A stretch of 64,000 bases of DNA from positions 186,001-250,000 of the forward strand of contig MU057987.1 of NCBI GenBank assembly GCA_013265495.1, given 5' to 3'. Shown here piece after piece: positions 63,668-64,000 of the stretch. Position numbers and translations under genes: made by a program. A model generated the notes under the pieces. It was not told the origin of the DNA and did not search any database. It saw only the letters and a program-made list of their open reading frames with translations. Each line of letters starts with the position of its first letter. Within the stretch, counting starts at the first letter, position 1. This DNA comes from Vicugna vicugna. Lineage: Eukaryota.

Positions 63668-64000
63668 GTTGTTTATTCATTGAAGTGAAATGTACTTAGG
63701 TTGAAAGTAGAGCAAGTAATGTTGATAATGCATGTGAAACGCCTAATGGCGCCTATTAAGTCTTTTTCCAATTCTTGCGCACCTTCCTCTGATGAGTGAG
63801 CTTCATTTGCTCCTGTTGTGTTATTGAGCTTGGATTTAGATGCAGATTGGCAAATTGCTTTCCCAATATCTACTATCTGTTTTGTTTTAATAACTGTTTA
63901 TTGGGTTTTAAGTCATCTCCCCACCGTCTTCGTTCTTCGCGTCCCTCTGTTGTGAACGGCTGCACAAATGAGAAAAAGGGAAAGAAGAAACACCATGGAT

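Noticed and set aside
1..64000. CRISPR arrays, tRNA/rRNA/snRNA genes, CpG-island promoter, processed pseudogene of a cellular mRNA
   Set aside because: None recognisable by eye. The DNA is eukaryotic, CpG-depleted and repeat-rich; an Infernal/Rfam scan would be needed to exclude small ncRNAs.

Overview
Mammalian genomic DNA, AT-rich and dominated by repeats. It is probably camelid: two young L1 3' ends resemble the alpaca/camel L1 family as I recall it, and I see no Alu, Bov-A/Bov-tA, PRE-1 or SINEC. No ORF in the track is a convincing cellular gene; the only recognisable peptides are L1 ORF1p/ORF2p remnants. The window holds MIR, L2, MaLR/ERVL/ERV1 solo LTRs, hAT-Charlie MITEs and L1s of several ages, plus an 825-N assembly gap inside a young L1. 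Two non-routine signals stand out. (1) At 2421-3006 there is neural-microexon-like splice architecture (CTAAC branch point, 92-nt AG-free zone, polypyrimidine tract, TGC, a 6- or 10-nt exon, GTAAGT), followed by an acceptor giving a short acidic C-terminus (..YADCDED*). This may be the 3' end of an unidentified + strand gene. (2) At 59091-59412 a MER21-type LTR fragment ends at its own poly(A) site and is flanked by a 17-bp TSD, so it appears to have been retrocopied by L1 rather than integrated by a retroviral integrase. I found no evidence for a novel multi-gene system. Repeat family names come from remembered consensus sequences and need RepeatMasker/Dfam confirmation; many boundaries are approximate.
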